This document shows, piece after piece, positions 27,790 to 40,375 of a stretch of DNA of 64,000 nt. The notes under the pieces are model-generated. The model had not been told where the DNA came from, did no database searches, and was given only the letters and a program-made list of their open reading frames with translations. The position numbers and the translations under genes are program-made. Source of the stretch: Trichoplax sp. H2 (taxonomy: Eukaryota); assembly GCA_003344405.1 (NCBI GenBank), contig NOWV01000018.1, forward strand, positions 434,001 to 498,000, in the 5' to 3' direction. Position 1 is the stretch's first letter. Every line of letters begins with the position of its first letter.

Positions 27790-28375
27790 AAACTACTATG
27801 GGACAAGATGATCCTAAATTATGATTTTACAAATATTTGTTATGGATTTTATAAGTAGGCAGACGGTTACTTACAAGTAAAATTCGATATGTAGAAGTCT
27901 TAGAATCCTACTTCATGAAAAACTAATACACGCGGAATGACCATAAGTTATGATTTTAAAAACACTGTATCTGTTGCGGATTTTATAAGTAAGCTGACGA
28001 TTACTTACATGTAAAATTCAGTATATAGAAATCTTAGAATATCAATCAATGTGAAACTACTATAGATGACATGATTTTATAGGTAAGCAGACGATTACTT
28101 ATATGTAAAATTTGATACGTAGAAATCATAAAATCCCACTTCATGTGAAACAACTAAGGATGAAATGGTCACAAATTAAGGATTTTACAATTCAGTACAC
28201 GATTGCTTATAAGTAAAATTCGATGTCTAGAAATCTCAGAATCCCATATAATGCGAAACCACCGTGGACGAAATGATCCTAAATTGAGATTTTACAAACG
28301 CTGCATCTGTTATGCATTTTAAAAGTAAACAAACTATTGCTTACATCTAAAATTCGTTAAATAGAGATTTTAAAA
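27790..28375. repeat. Degenerate tandem repeat, about 100-130-bp unit, about 5 copies
   Basis: Recurring GATTTTATAAGTA.GC.GACG.TTACTTA...GTAAAATTCGAT...TAGAAATC.TAGAATCC. Confidence 0.85.
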
Positions 28376-29769
28376 ACGCTGCAAAAAAATTTTATCAATC
28401 TATTTTACTTTTAGGTAAAGGTGTTTACTCTATTATATGTAGTAAAATAGCTGTCTAATTCTATCTAATTACCTATTACAAGTTATTTTTCGATTCAAAT
28501 CTCACTTTTAAAAAAGCTTTCTAATCCAACGTGGACGGAAGCAGTTTAACAAGTTTAGGGTAATGATAACAAGTTATTTTATTGAATGATTACCTAGTAA
28601 ATTACTAAACATCCAAGAATTTAATTATCAATTGTTAGAGGTCAAAAATCGATAAAAACTCACGCAATATAACATGTTTCTTCGTCACTTACGGAACCTG
28701 ATGTTATTTTCAGCTATAATTGTGTCTTGAATTTATAGTAAGCCATAGAATTGGTGTTAATTCAGTAAATTCAAAGAGATAAAATATCGCTATCTTAATT
28801 CTTAATCAAGTCGATCACAAGCTGTAATTGCTAGCCTTAGTCTAGAAAATTTTACAGGCTTTTACTGAAAGTACGTAGTAAGGACTTGAAAATCTTTAGA
28901 CGTTGCAAGTTAAGCAAGAGCAAATGTCCTTACGTATGTCTAGTGATCACTGATTAATTTATAGGTTATAGTTAATTTAGAAATGCACGAATTTTTAATA
29001 AAAGTACTATGCAGTCTGTACAAACAAGCTCATACCTGAGGCTACTAAATAAGGAACACTGTACCACTGCTTGTACATAACTGACATTTCAAAAGTGCTA
29101 AGATCAGTGTAATACCTGCAGTAAGACATAGAATAGCTATGTTAGGACCATAGAGAAGAACCTCAATGGTTAGGATTTCCAAGTGTTGGGAAGGCTTACT
29201 GTAGATCCTACAGACATCTTACTACTGTATAATTTGCCGTCGAGGGTATAAAAGCAGAGAGTTTTTAAGGGAGGTGTTTTAGTATTTCGTAAGGAATGGA
29301 AAAATCTCCAAAACTGGACATATTATACTTAAGGGTGCCTAGTAATCATTTCTAGCGTCTCATCACGATATCGCAACAAATAGAGGTTCAAGAAAATTAA
29401 ACTTGCAATCCGAATTTCTAATCAAAGGCTTCTAACCACTATTATACCATCTACTAGTTAAATAATCAAGACAATTAGCGATACTACGGTATGGTATCAA
29501 ATACATTAAGAAGTGATCAATATTGTTAGTTTGAGCATAAGTTTAACTTTCGTAAAACATTGAATTATGACTCGTATTGACAGCTGACGAAGATGGAAGT
29601 TCTTGCCCTATAACTTTATTTAGCTACTAAACAAATTAGTTTATCACTCCTGGGTAGAGATCTGTCCAAATATCGGTTAAAATCCTTAGGGCTATGAAGT
29701 AATTGACGAGGTGGTTGCGTCAACATTGTTGATACTCGATTAGGCATAATTTATATTTTCCTCTAATAC

Positions 29770-30045
29770 TTTTATATATAGACAGATGACGGAATGCTTC
29801 TTCCGTCAAATTACTCATGATAGCATAAAGACATCGCTTAATTACTCCTATTGCATAGAGATTTGTTCTGGCATTGGATGTCACCAGTAATGTTGTAATG
29901 TCGAAGTACGAAAGAAGAGTAATAAATGTAATTTTATATAGACAGATGACGGAATACCTCTTTCGTCAAGTTAATTTTGATAGCTTGAAAATATTACTTA
30001 ATTATCACTGTTGGTCAGATTTATTCTGTCGCTAGACATCAGCTT
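29770..30045. repeat. Two-copy repeat of about 160 bp carrying a hairpin
   Basis: TATATAGACAGATGACGGAAT..TT(C/T)CGTCAA at about 29775 and about 29935. The first copy has a perfect 8-bp stem TGACGGAA/TTCCGTCA (29787-29808). Confidence 0.7.
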
Positions 30046-30947
30046 TGATGGCTATCGGTCATGCATTTTCAAAGCATTTACAGTACAGAAACTGATTGTT
30101 CAAGGCCATCCAAATTTGTCTTCGCAATGGCTATTATTAATTGCTCGAATTGACAATGGCAGAACGCTATTTCTGGTCAACTACTTTTTAATAATATGAA
30201 AAATGTTATTTAAATGATTAATAATGGACGCAATTCTATGCAAAAGAATGGTTAATAGTCATCAGTACTATCTATAATGGCTCAGGTATAACGGCAAGAA
30301 ATAATCAAGTACAATATAGAGTTTTCTGGCTTCCTGCTAATATCAATTACTGATGTTGACAGATTACAAAATGCCATTCCCCGATCGATTTACTTTCTAA
30401 TACTGCGAAAATTATTACTTAGATTGTTATAGACAGAAAGAAAATTGATAATAAAAATTACGAATAAGTTTTATTATCATAATATCATAATATGGAGTTC
30501 TAGGGAGAAACATATTACTGAAAATCATAGAATGCCGTCCTTGTTAAATTACTTTTAAATAATATGAAAAGCACTATTGAATTAAGACTAATAGATCAAA
30601 ATCGATTGTATGAACGGAGCAAGTATTATAACAGTCTTCATATATGTTCAAGTTGCTTACCGTCTATGGTTAGCTTGATCAATACCGTAGTTAATGCATT
30701 CTTGTTTATAATTGGTCATCACATTAATAATTTATCTCAAATTTTAATGACAAAAATAAAACAGCCGTTTTCCCCTTTCCATCAAACTATCCTTCAGTTA
30801 CCAACTTATGAACGTAACATTCGTTCTGCTTTCGTTAGCGGAATTTTATGGTTTTGCCTTCGTCTATCACGGCTTAAGGATTAGTTATTTCCATTTTTTA
30901 ATAAGCTTTTTAAGGGCACTAAAGCGGCCAAAGTATTCTAGGATGGC

Positions 30948-33900
30948 ATGTTTTTGAGAGGAAATAATGTAATTTACTAAATCTAATTACACATGCGATG
31001 TATCATACGTTGTCATAGAGAGTTTAAAACGAGTATTCGTTTCCTTTTTGTAACTCTAATTATTTTCTGTTATTTAAACTCCATCAATTTTATTGTAATG
31101 ACAGTAAACAGAGATTTTCCAATCCATTTATAGGCCTATCCACGTCAGCTTTCAATGGAATTTCAGGTAGAAAACGAACAAACATTTTGCTCAGAATTAC
31201 TTTCTCGAATCCATGAAGCTTTCGATAATCAGATTTTTAGATAAATTTATGACAGATGAACAACAAATTTCTTTGTTAACCTTGAAATTGATTCGCGATC
31301 GTAGACTCTACAATCGGCAAATAATGGCGATAATATTTTACGGATTCTTCAAAAACTGCGGTAATTTCTGAAGCATCCATAGTTGATTTCTTTTACTCTT
31401 CAACTTACATAACATATTTATAAAAATACAGGAATACAGCAGACCGTTTCCTTCCTAAACCAATCTGGTCTCAAGGGCGAAATTTGGATAGCCCTCTTTC
31501 TCTTCAAATTATGGAGTAAGTTGCCCATAACCATGATTGCCTCAACATGTCCAGTACACTAAGCGCATCTTAATCAGAAAGTACTTCAGAAAGTATTTTC
31601 TATGTCTTTGTTAATTTATCTGATCTCTACTAATTTGGTTCTTACTTTTATTGCAGTGAAAGAGCAAAACCTATCGAGATTTGTTTACCTTTGCAACAGT
31701 ATGTATTTTCTTCTAAAAAGACCGATAGAATCATAACTCAGATTATGTTAGCAATTGACTAATCCATATGTTTCTATAAATAATTTCATAGGCCAATCAT
31801 TAGAAGACTGTTTAGCCTCTTAAAAAATTATGATTGGTTTGTGTACTTGTATAGGCGCTTGTGGATTCATTTCAATAGCCTAACTATCTTCTGATAATAA
31901 TATTCTGTTTTCCATTGGGCTATAGTTATGATTTACGTCTAGAAATTATGGATATCTTACAACGTGTAATCAGTTATGATATTTATACATGCTACGTCAA
32001 TAGCTCCATCGACAGCCATAATGAAGGTACAAATAATGTTTCATCCAGCATGATTGATTTATCTACTTTACATCATCTTTGCCGATTTTCATATTATAAT
32101 TACAAATAACTTAACTTATCCAACGTGATTAATTTATCTACTTTATATCGTCTTCATTAGTTACTAATTTATAGATATAAATAAGATCTTTTATTCAGTA
32201 TGATTGATTTATCCATTCTACATTATCTAGATCAATTTCCATACTATAGTTATAAATAGCTTATTCTTTCTAGCATGATTGATTTATCCACTTTGCATCA
32301 TCTTGGCCAGTCGCCATATTATAGTTCATTCTAATGAAATCTTTCATTACTATTTCACGACTACTCGAGATCTAATCTCGAAAATGACTGATTCCCAGGA
32401 TTGACCGTAACAATTATACTGATCTTGTAGAGCAGATCTAATTGCAACAATAAGCACAGCTAGGCACAACACGATGAAGGTTTATCTGTCGTTATGCTGT
32501 CTCATTTCGTATTCCTTTAGTTATACTTCCATATTGACATTGGTCAACAAAGATTCGCTTGTAATCAATGATTGAATAGAAATGGTTGTCAAGATATTTA
32601 CAGTTTTACATGATCTATTTGTAATAGAATGTACCTAGCGCCATAATTTGACAAACAGACAAAGCAAATATGGAATGGCCATCATTTGTCTTTAACGCCT
32701 CAGGCAATCTTCGTGGTATACGTCTGTGTTAGTTCTTAATGATAATCTATCTCAATGGATAGTATGGATATAGTCTAGCCACGATGCTAAGCAACAATGA
32801 TTATTGGGTTCTATCTGAAGAAAGATTCATTGATACATTTTCATGCTGTGATTAATCAAGTAGATGAAGAAGTTGTTAATGACTCTTAACGTTGACACAG
32901 ACCTTTAGTTGTAAGCTTAAAATCAATCTAAACATGATATTCTCGTAAATAAGCCACCGGTAACGTCATAGCAAAATCGATAGACGTATGAAACTAATAG
33001 TTTATGATAGCTTGTCACAATCTTCACTTGTGGCAAAGATTTATAAAGACTCTAGAGTAGGTACGATAACTCAGCTACTTCTCCAGAATTTCCAGTCTCC
33101 ATGAAAGCGATATTGTAATGATTTCAGCTAATTAAAGTAGTGGTATGTTAGGAATACAGTGATAGTATGTAGTATAGAACTGTATATCTTAATAAATGTC
33201 AAGAACCCATACACTACAGATATACGAGTATAAGAGAACTCGATTTTTAGACTAATGAATTGATACACTTTTCTTCGCGTTATGACTCCTGCACACTTTT
33301 TTAGCAATTGTCACTTTTATTCTGCAAACTACTCGCGCTTAAATGAATCTTTATAGTGCAACTTTGAGTGTTAATTTGCTCCTGACTTTTAATTCCTATG
33401 GAAATTATTGTAGATAAAGTACGACTACTACTCCATTTCTTGTCATTACCATATGAAGATCTAGCTATTAAATCTATGCAGCTGCTGTCCGTTTATGCGG
33501 GTAAGTTGATTCAGTTGGATCAAAATTTTGTTTTTATCATCCTTAAGACAACTTATATTTCAGTCTCTGTAGTACCTAAACTACAGTGGTAAACTATCAC
33601 ATTAATAATGGGAATAAAAGCTGAAAGGAATATTCTTACTAATTAGATTTAAAACTCATTCAAAATCGAGAGCTAAACTTTGTTAAAATGTTAGCTAAAG
33701 CCATTACCCTTGAAAAATCGGCAAGTTCTATTGTGTTATTTTAAATTAAACTAAACTTTTAATCTCGTCAATCATCTAATTTTGCCGTAATTTCATTAAC
33801 AAAAGGTGGAATTTATGCATGCAGCGGCAACTGTTGTTAACATTTGCTTTAAAGATACTTTATTATCTCAGCATGACCATTTAGAAGATGTAAGAAGGCG

Positions 33901-36356
33901 TCAAATATTGCTAAATCACTCTTAAAAAATTGCTTTCTGCGCTATAATACTCATTTCAGGTCCAACTAATGTTCAGATTCTGAGTTTAATTTTTATTTTA
34001 CAGCTAGCTGCGATTGCTTGTGTTCTACTTCAATCTAATGATATTGCAGTAAGTATTATTATTATTTAGCGAAACATAGGCACGTATATTGGAATCCTTA
34101 AAAATTCCAACCTATAAATTAGGCCTTAAGTATTATACTATCCTGATCGCAGATTTCCGGTGAGATGATTTCATTGTTGGTGCAAGTATCTTCAGAAACG
34201 ACATCTAGTAATGGGGTTAGTTAAAGCTATATCATTGCTGAAATTGGGATAGATGATTATTTAGATATTTTAAAATTGGTTATATATATTGAGTTTGGTA
34301 ATGGTATTAAAAGTCAATCTTCTATTTGGAATTAGGCGTATATCAAAAAGTTATTTAACCTGATACCTATTGGCAACATTTTTGAAGTTCTAGCGGTGGG
34401 ATCAATTCATCTAAGTGTAGGTTTAATTTTATTATGATATTAAACCGAAGAATAGAACTGGTTTTTAACTAGTGACTATCTTTTTCAATTAACTGTCTTA
34501 ATACAATTTCATTTACATCTAGATATCCGTTGCATCTATGGTCTTCAATATTATTACTTCAAATTCTATTTCTCACTCTTCTCAGGTACTGAACATTGAT
34601 TTATTTCTAGATGCAATCTGACTAAAATTTTTTCACTCCTAGTAATGATGGATAAAATTGTATCCTGATCCATCAGATGTAGTTTGCAGTTTGTACGCTA
34701 TTTAAGCAATATTATTTTATATACATCATGATGGGATTAAACTTAGTCTGATTACGTTTAATAATATTTTAACCAATAAATAATTAAGCAACACTAGCTC
34801 ATCTTTTTATACCATTACGATTTCATAGTTTCATTTTGGTCGAAAAACGTTAATATACTTGAAAAAAATGTTGAAAAAGCCTTCCAATTATACTGAATCC
34901 CAATTAAAGGTATGTACATTACAGTATGAAAATTGTATTAAGAACTTTGATTAGCGTGAGATACTGAGTGAGAATTTCAAAGTAATATTATTGTTACGAT
35001 TATTTTTTAATTCAATAAAATCTACAAAATTATTTCCTATAATGTTTGATACTTTCTTTTTAGAAATTAATTTGGGAAATCGGCTGGTTTGCCAAAGCTG
35101 ATCATGCTTTAGTTCAGGTAATTTGCATCCCTGTATTTAAAATTAATCCCATACATGTATACGTTTGTTAAAACCAATGCTACCCTGTACTCATTTCAAT
35201 GGCTATCAAACAACTAATAAATTTCTGTTTAATTTATTTATTCAGGTTATTATCGACGAGGATATTTTGTCAACCGTCCTTCTATGTGCTGAACAGGCAA
35301 GTTTAATTCAAGGATTGATACATTAGGTAGCCCAAATCTTCGAACTTGATTTTTCATCTATTTCTACTACCAGTTTCCTTACTTGTATGGCAGTATTATT
35401 GTACAAACGATCTTCTTTGTCATTGGCTCTGGGAATGAACATCAGGTTAATATCTTGTTTCTCATACTTTAAAAATATTACAAAAATTGAGCACTAAGAC
35501 TTTTTATATATTGAAAAATCTGAATAGATAAAAGTCTTAATTCCAAGTTGCAATTTAACCCAGTGTTTAAGTTCCATTTTGTTACATAAGAATGTTCTTT
35601 ACGTAAGTTGCTACATAAATCAAATCAAATATTATACTGATATTGTGGTGTCATCATCAGTATGATTTATACACTGTTAATTCCGTACAGATCTAAAATT
35701 ACCTTACCTACTGTATAATATTAAAATCTTATGTACATAACTATTAGGATATTGTCCGAGTTGTAGAAGTATTATGGACAATTTTAAACAAATGCCAGGT
35801 ACTGTTAATCCTTAACTTTACTGACAAATTTTATAATTAATTTCATATTTTAATATCGCTTATCGATATTGATGTGATGGAAATATGAAGGTAATTTTAA
35901 AATCTATCATACTGTAATTGAATTTTTACGTCAGGAAATACCTGGATTATTGGAATGCAATAATAGCAAAGGTAGGTGTTTAAGTTTTAACTGATAGAAG
36001 TCTATTCATTTTATTGGATAGAGAATGTCTTTTAAAAAGCCCAATAATATGTTTAATTTAGCAATATTATTGATCATCTGTATTTAGAACTGATGAAAAT
36101 GGAAATCATATGCGATTCAATTGTTCGTAATCCAATTGTGCCGAGAGAGTACGAAGGTAAGCCTTTGGTTTTCATGGTAAACTCAATTTAATTGCGATAT
36201 ATTTGTTTCATTGCAGCTATAAGCTTAATTGGGGAACTAATAATTCAATAAATGCAAGCAATGACTCATAACGTTTTCTATTTTAATTTTTTCCATATAG
36301 ATTGCGCAAAAAAACTTGGACGATTCATAAAATACAATGCCATTGCTCAACATTAA
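30948..36356 (+). CDS. Divergent importin-alpha-like ARM-repeat protein, paralog C
   Basis: Spliced frame: MFLRGNN / AYPRQLSMEFQ / TLQSANNGDNILRILQKLR / .. / PIIRRLFSLLKNYD / YDLRLEIMDILQRVIS.. / DKVRLLLHFLSLPYEDLAIKSMQLLSVYA / .. / VEFMHAAATVVNIC.. / LAAIACVLLQSNDIA / .. / KLIWEIGWFAKADHALVQ / VIIDEDILSTVLLCAEQ / FPYLYGSIIVQTIFFVIGSGNEHQ / .. / DIVRVVEVLWTILNKCQ / .. / DCAKKLGRFIKYNAIAQH*. Two GC donors are needed. AATAAA overlaps the stop. The start is tentative. Confidence 0.8.
32043..32325. repeat. Intronic tandem repeat, about 75-80-bp unit, 4 copies
   Basis: (A/G)TGATT(G/A)ATTTATC(T/C)A(C/T)T.. recurs near 32050, 32125, 32200 and 32275, inside the long intron of paralog C. Confidence 0.85.
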
Positions 36357-39300
36357 TAAAACGTTAATATCGTTTTTGTGTAATGAAAGGTATTATTTAA
36401 AATCATTTTCTTTCGTTACGGAAATATTTACGCAAATTTTAAACGTTCAATCACACTTGAAAGGGTTTAAAAGTTAGAATTGATCATAGTCTTTATCATT
36501 AATATATTAATAGCTCGAAACTATTATTCCGGTATATATAAACATACAATTAAAGCAAACTATTTTAGTACTGTTGTCTTTGCTATATCACTATTATCGT
36601 CAGACATAGAAGAAAAGCACTGGGATTTCATAATCGTTGGATTGAATCTGTATCGAAATGTATTATTTTTTCTTATTTCATAGTAGCTAATAATTACCGA
36701 AATATTCATCATCTACAAATTTGATATTATATTTGTCTTGTAGTGTAAAATTTTGGGTAAACCTAGATATTTTATAACTAATAATGATAATACATTAATG
36801 TCCATAAGTAATTTACTAGAGTAACCCAAAATTGGGAGATTATTTACACGTATCCATCCATTAGCTTTGATGAATATCTTTCTATAATAACAACTATGGG
36901 CTTACAAATGCAATCTATCAATTTATTATCATGAAATAGAAAAAGACCTCTTAAAGTCAATCTTATACAGCAATATTTGAATTATCAGCTTTACTAACTC
37001 AATTTATGCCATTTATTACTTCTTCCAGTATTCCGATATTTATTTCACTACTTATATCAATTTCGAGACGTAAGCAATTTTATACTGATACATACTGTAT
37101 ATCTGAATAATAAAATTGTGTGAATAGAAAACATAAAATTCTTGTTATACACGTATTAAAATAATTTAAATACCATAAGTAACATAGAACTTTTAACTGC
37201 CGAACCGAACTCATAGGCTGTTCATCTCGTGGACTGTAAAATATCGGCAAATTAATAACTATGTGAGATAATTAATTAATCCCATTTAATTTATTTCATT
37301 CTTCCTTATTGCAGTTATTTTCTATCTCTATGTCTATCTGCATGTTTGCAGAGATTAATTGTTTTGCGTAAGTACTGCTTATATCCAATTTCATTTCATG
37401 AGCAATTTTACAATCTTCTATCTGAAGAATACTATTAAATAAGTTTATATTAGTGAAGAATAGAAGGAAATAATTACCAGATTGTTTATCACTGTAGTGC
37501 GGCCCCCCCCCAAAAAAAATATAGCATAGATTAAGATCGAAGATTGTACGAAAATAGTTTAAATTGTAAGCTAGAGTGTAAGACTGTATTAAGTGTCTAT
37601 TTGAGATAGTACAGAAACAGTCCACAGATAGCCTGATTGCAGTAAGATAGTCCATGATACTTTTAAGATGAACCTAATTAGGTATCTTATGTAAGACAGT
37701 GAAGTTTACAAGAAACTGTAGTTCTTGTTGTATTTGTTGGAAGGCACTTTATCACATACTGATAAAGGATCCTCAACATGACCAGCTTACTAAATCAATA
37801 GTAAAACTATATCAGACAGAACATGTGATATATAATATGTTACGGTCATCCTTAAGTTCGATTTTATTCTTACGAATGGCCGAATTCCTGGTATTGGACT
37901 TGATCAGTCTTAAAGATAAAATCAATTCTAGGGATTGCTGTAACATGTACTGTAAATACATATGAATTAATAATAAGCAATCGCGCTCTAGAATGCACAA
38001 CAGTAAATTATATGCAGTAGTCTCTCATCTTAATTGATTGGTAACTTATATAACACGTGTATGGATGCTATAGCCATATAAAATTTAAATTATTCATCCT
38101 TAACTTACTATTGCAGAATGGTATTATCTTTAACTAGCTATCGAGATACGCCTATACAAATATGTTATAAATGTTGAAACTCTAGCGGATAATAAATAGT
38201 GAATTAAATTACAGCTAGAGCAGCGCATTCTTACTTAGTGTATCCCTAGTATGGTAAATTATTTCTACGAAAAGACGAGGTCTTTAATCGGCTATATGAG
38301 TATTAAGTAAGCTATGGTATTTTATCAACCTCTAGTTAATTAACTGGACATAATCCTGTAACTCTACCCATCGACGAATTATAGTTCGTGTAGACTGGCA
38401 AACATCCTTATTTAGTTTATTGCACATATAGTACATTATTGCTTAGAAAGATTATCATCCTCAATTACCTACCTATCTAGGTACTGTAAGGACTTCAATG
38501 CTTCTTTCTACATTGTGGTAATGAATATGATCTTGCCAGCTGATATCGAATAAATTACAATTCTAGCAATACATCGTGCAGCAATTTGCTACTGTAGTCA
38601 AATTAATACTAAGAAGTGATGTCTTTTACAATCCACTATTTAGATATTTAGTAGGTTATTCCACCTAAATCGTAATTATCAATGTTGCCTTTTCTATTGG
38701 ATTTATTGACAAATCTTTGAGTAAATTGAATTCATAATATACGGTATGATATCCTAAATGTTTCAGATCGCCAAATTGTTTCGAATGAATGATTTAGACT
38801 TTAATGAATTACTTTGATACTGTATTAAGCTATACTCGTACTCTCCATTATCTTAATTAATACAATCTTCCCACTCTATCAATTAGCAACTTTTACAGCT
38901 ATATAAATAGAATGATACTTGCCTAATTATATCTACATTGCTTATAGTTATAAAGAAAACTATCGTAGGTCAATAATTTCGTCTTTAATAAATCTTCTAG
39001 ATATTAGTAAGCTGTGGTATTTCCTCATTCCTTGACATTAATTTAATGAAATGTGGCAATAAATTGTGGAACTAATTATAGCACGAACTAATACATTATA
39101 GTTCCTACATTATATTAGTGGGTCGGGCGGTTACTTTACGAAGAAATAATCTCGTTTAGATATGAATTGATTACTATCTCCTTGCCATAATAATTAGAAA
39201 ATCTTTCAATTTTATTGATAAATTTTATTTTACGGGAAATATAGCATAGTTACGGTAGATGCAGACGCGTGTGATTTAAACAGGGACTTACTGTACTATG

Positions 39301-39584
39301 GAGAAATAATCTCATCTCGATACCAGTAGGTTTCTCTGCTGAAAATCTGACATTTCCACTGATTAATAAATTATGAAACAAATTACAGTATCAAGTAACA
39401 AATTATCATCGTATGCTTATGGCTCAGACGGCGCAGAATACCTCATGCTAAGACATGATTTCACGCGGATACCGTATACATATTAGCAGGTATCTCGTAT
39501 AAAATATGAATAAAATCTTCCAATTCCATTGATAGTTAAATGGTGCCATAAGTTGCAATATGAAATATCTCTTTAAATTTATCG

Positions 39585-40375
39585 GGAAGGAACTTGAACA
39601 GAAGGTTCTTATCAGGATATAATTTCGCTTTATCATGCACAGAATATGGAGTAATGCGAAACACCCTATTCTCTCCATACCGCGGAAGGGGCAATGAATA
39701 CAAACTGATGCCTCTAGCGATCAATCAATTCCGAGATCAATTCCAGCATTATTAACAGGATAATATGCATAGATCGTTAAGTTCATAGGGAAAGAACTTA
39801 GGCAGAAGGTTGTCATCAGTGTATAATTTCGCTTATAATAGATGAATATAGTTTACAGAATATGGAGTAATATGGTATGCCCTATTCTCTCTATATCGTA
39901 GAAGAGTAATAAATACAAATTGATGCCTCGAGCAATCAATCAACTATAGGATAAATTGCAGTACAATCAATAGAATAATATACGGATTGGCCGGTCATTC
40001 CCGGGATTGGCCGGTCATTCCCGGGATTGGCCGGTCATTCCCGGGATTGGCCGGTCATTCCCGGGATTGGCCGGTCATTCCCGGGATTGGCCGGTCTTTC
40101 CCGGGATTGGCCGGTCATTCCCTGGAATGGCCGATTCCCGGTGTTAGGATTGATTGTAGCATATCATATTCGTACAATTCATAGGCATGGCGCTTGGACA
40201 CAAAGTTATCATCACGGTATAATTTCACTTTCGATGAACAGAATATGAAGTAATACATTATACCCTATTTTCCCCATATTGCAGAATGGTCATGAATACA
40301 AAGTTATACCTCTAGTATAAACCAATTCTAGGAGAAAGTCCTGCATAATCAATAGAATGATACACGTAAATTATT
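39585..40375. repeat. Degenerate repeat of about 210 bp (3 copies) interrupted by a GC-rich insert
   Basis: TATAATTTC(G/A)CTT..CAGAATATG(G/A)AGTAAT..CCCTATT...AATACAAA..AT(G/A)CCTC near 39640, 39857 and 40240. Confidence 0.8.
39983..40156. repeat. GC-rich, near-palindromic 20-bp tandem array (about 7.5 copies), possibly a small non-autonomous element flanked by TA
   Basis: Unit CCGGTCATTCCCGGGATTGG is repeated almost perfectly. The insert is bounded by TA at 39981-39982 and 40157-40158. A related end sequence occurs at about 32378-32409. Confidence 0.9.

Noticed and set aside
36950-39100. Possible minus-strand gene (ORFs 37296-37655 and 37812-38000), or a fifth paralog
   Set aside because: Some exon-like pieces exist, but I found no consistent spliced frame and no match to the paralog exon pattern.
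39983-40140. CRISPR-like appearance of the short palindromic repeats
   Set aside because: The units are head-to-tail with no unique spacers, the context is eukaryotic, and there are no cas genes.
39987-40248. Repetitive ORFs MAGHSRDWPVIPGIGRSFPGL..
   Set aside because: These are translations of the stop-free 20-bp tandem array, with no ATG start or splice context.
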